Both the position numbers and the translations under genes were made by a program. This document shows, piece after piece, positions 26,365 through 27,145 of a DNA stretch of 27,145 bases. This DNA comes from a virus (taxonomy: Duplodnaviria > Caudoviricetes). The notes under the pieces were generated by a model. The model worked only from the letters and a program-made list of their open reading frames with translations, made no database searches and was not told where the DNA came from. How positions within the stretch are numbered: the stretch's first letter is position 1; the number at the start of each line of letters is the position of its first letter. Where the stretch lies: IMG/VR virus record IMGVR_UViG_3300006810_000304, positions 1 through 27,145 of that record, one strand, 5' to 3'.

Positions 26365-27145
26365 ATGTCAGGTCCCCAGCCACCTAGAGATATACACGGA
26401 GTTGCAAATAATTGTACCCCAGCAACCGTAGATTATTTTATTTCTGTATTTGGATATGCTGAAGCAGTAGAGCTTAGTAATATTGAAGATCCAACAGGAA
26501 ATGAAATTGATATAGAAAAAATACAGATTGCTTTAAATGACGCGGGTCAGCTTATTAATAATTTTATTGATAGCGCGCCTCCTCAGGGTAAAATTTTAAT
26601 CGCCGGTTCGTATCGCAGAAGCCAAGCAACAATTGCTAGGTATTATTTAGATATTTTACGTCCTAGAACTCAGGTTCAAGAAGCGGCAGAAAAAGCTCTT
26701 CAGCAACTTGAGCTATGGGCATCAAAAGCAAGCCCAAGTGCCGGATTTAAGTGGAAAGAAGCTTACTCTTACTGGAGATCTGGTTGCTCAATGACTAAGA
26801 GCTCTTACCAGAGAGGCCGGAGCTTTACAGATCCGTCGCTCAATAAGTGGGTACTTCGTGAAGGTAGTAATGACCGAGGATTCCCCTTCGCTAACAGAGA
26901 AGCCGTGGTTCTTAATCGAAACCATGAGAAAGGTCTCTCATTGGAGACCCAAGGAGTCAATGAGGTTATTGCAGATAGCGCATATAAGATGAATGAGTTG
27001 GTTGGCGCACTTGAAAATACAAGAAGTATGTCCAGCTTTACAAATACTGACCAAGCAGTTAAGCCTGAAGAAGGAGATGGCTTGGTTGCAAATAATACCA
27101 CCCCATCCGCCGACGGTGAGTTTGATAATTATGGCGGACTAACTA
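26365..27145 (+). CDS. Mu gp36 / DUF1320-like head-tail connector with long C-terminal extension (runs off the window end; absent from the ORF track)
   Basis: Manual translation MSGPQPPRD...ATVDYFISVFGYAEAVELSN...IQIALNDAGQLINNFI...ATIARYYLD...AEKALQQL matches the gp36 pattern; frame is open to the window end. Confidence 0.75.
   Translation, partial: MSGPQPPRDIHGVANNCTPATVDYFISVFGYAEAVELSNIEDPTGNEIDIEKIQIALNDAGQLINNFIDSAPPQGKILIAGSYRRSQATIARYYLDILRPRTQVQEAAEKALQQLELWASKASPSAGFKWKEAYSYWRSGCSMTKSSYQRGRSFTDPSLNKWVLREGSNDRGFPFANREAVVLNRNHEKGLSLETQGVNEVIADSAYKMNELVGALENTRSMSSFTNTDQAVKPEEGDGLVANNTTPSADGEFDNYGGLT

Noticed and set aside
1-27145. Whole-genome stop-codon reassignment (TAG/TAA read as Gln)
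   Set aside because: Single TAG ends the portal and both genes converging at 16911-16914, single TAA ends many genes, and long ORFs are otherwise intact under the standard code.

Overview
This is a 27 kb piece of the virion-morphogenesis region of a large contractile-tailed (myovirus-type) bacteriophage, probably aquatic and possibly a cyanophage (host is inferred from protein style only). The head genes are Mu-like: DUF935/gp29-type portal, Mu I-type protease fused to a long acidic scaffold, DUF2190-like cement, HK97-fold major capsid protein and a gp36/DUF1320-like connector. They are combined with a very large tail sheath, a T4 gp19-like tube, two tandem tail-chaperone-like genes, several fibre proteins, an LRR protein, a degenerate LOG-like protein and a dCMP deaminase. 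Gene order is scrambled across both strands. Main observations: (1) an 8-bp motif GTTTAAAG lies 20-45 nt upstream of nine start codons in the matching orientation, a candidate late promoter, including one copy inside the protease gene ahead of a nested scaffold start; (2) single in-frame stops interrupt two otherwise intact long genes (TAA in the sheath, TAG in a ~1285-codon gene); (3) a repeated x-[FYHMN]-[ASG]-E motif in scaffold and portal looks like a prohead-protease cleavage signal; (4) the sheath has a nested domain duplication; (5) a tail fibre is built from variable cassettes joined by DNA-conserved GNVGIGT linkers. All calls come from reading the sequence by eye, with no database searches.
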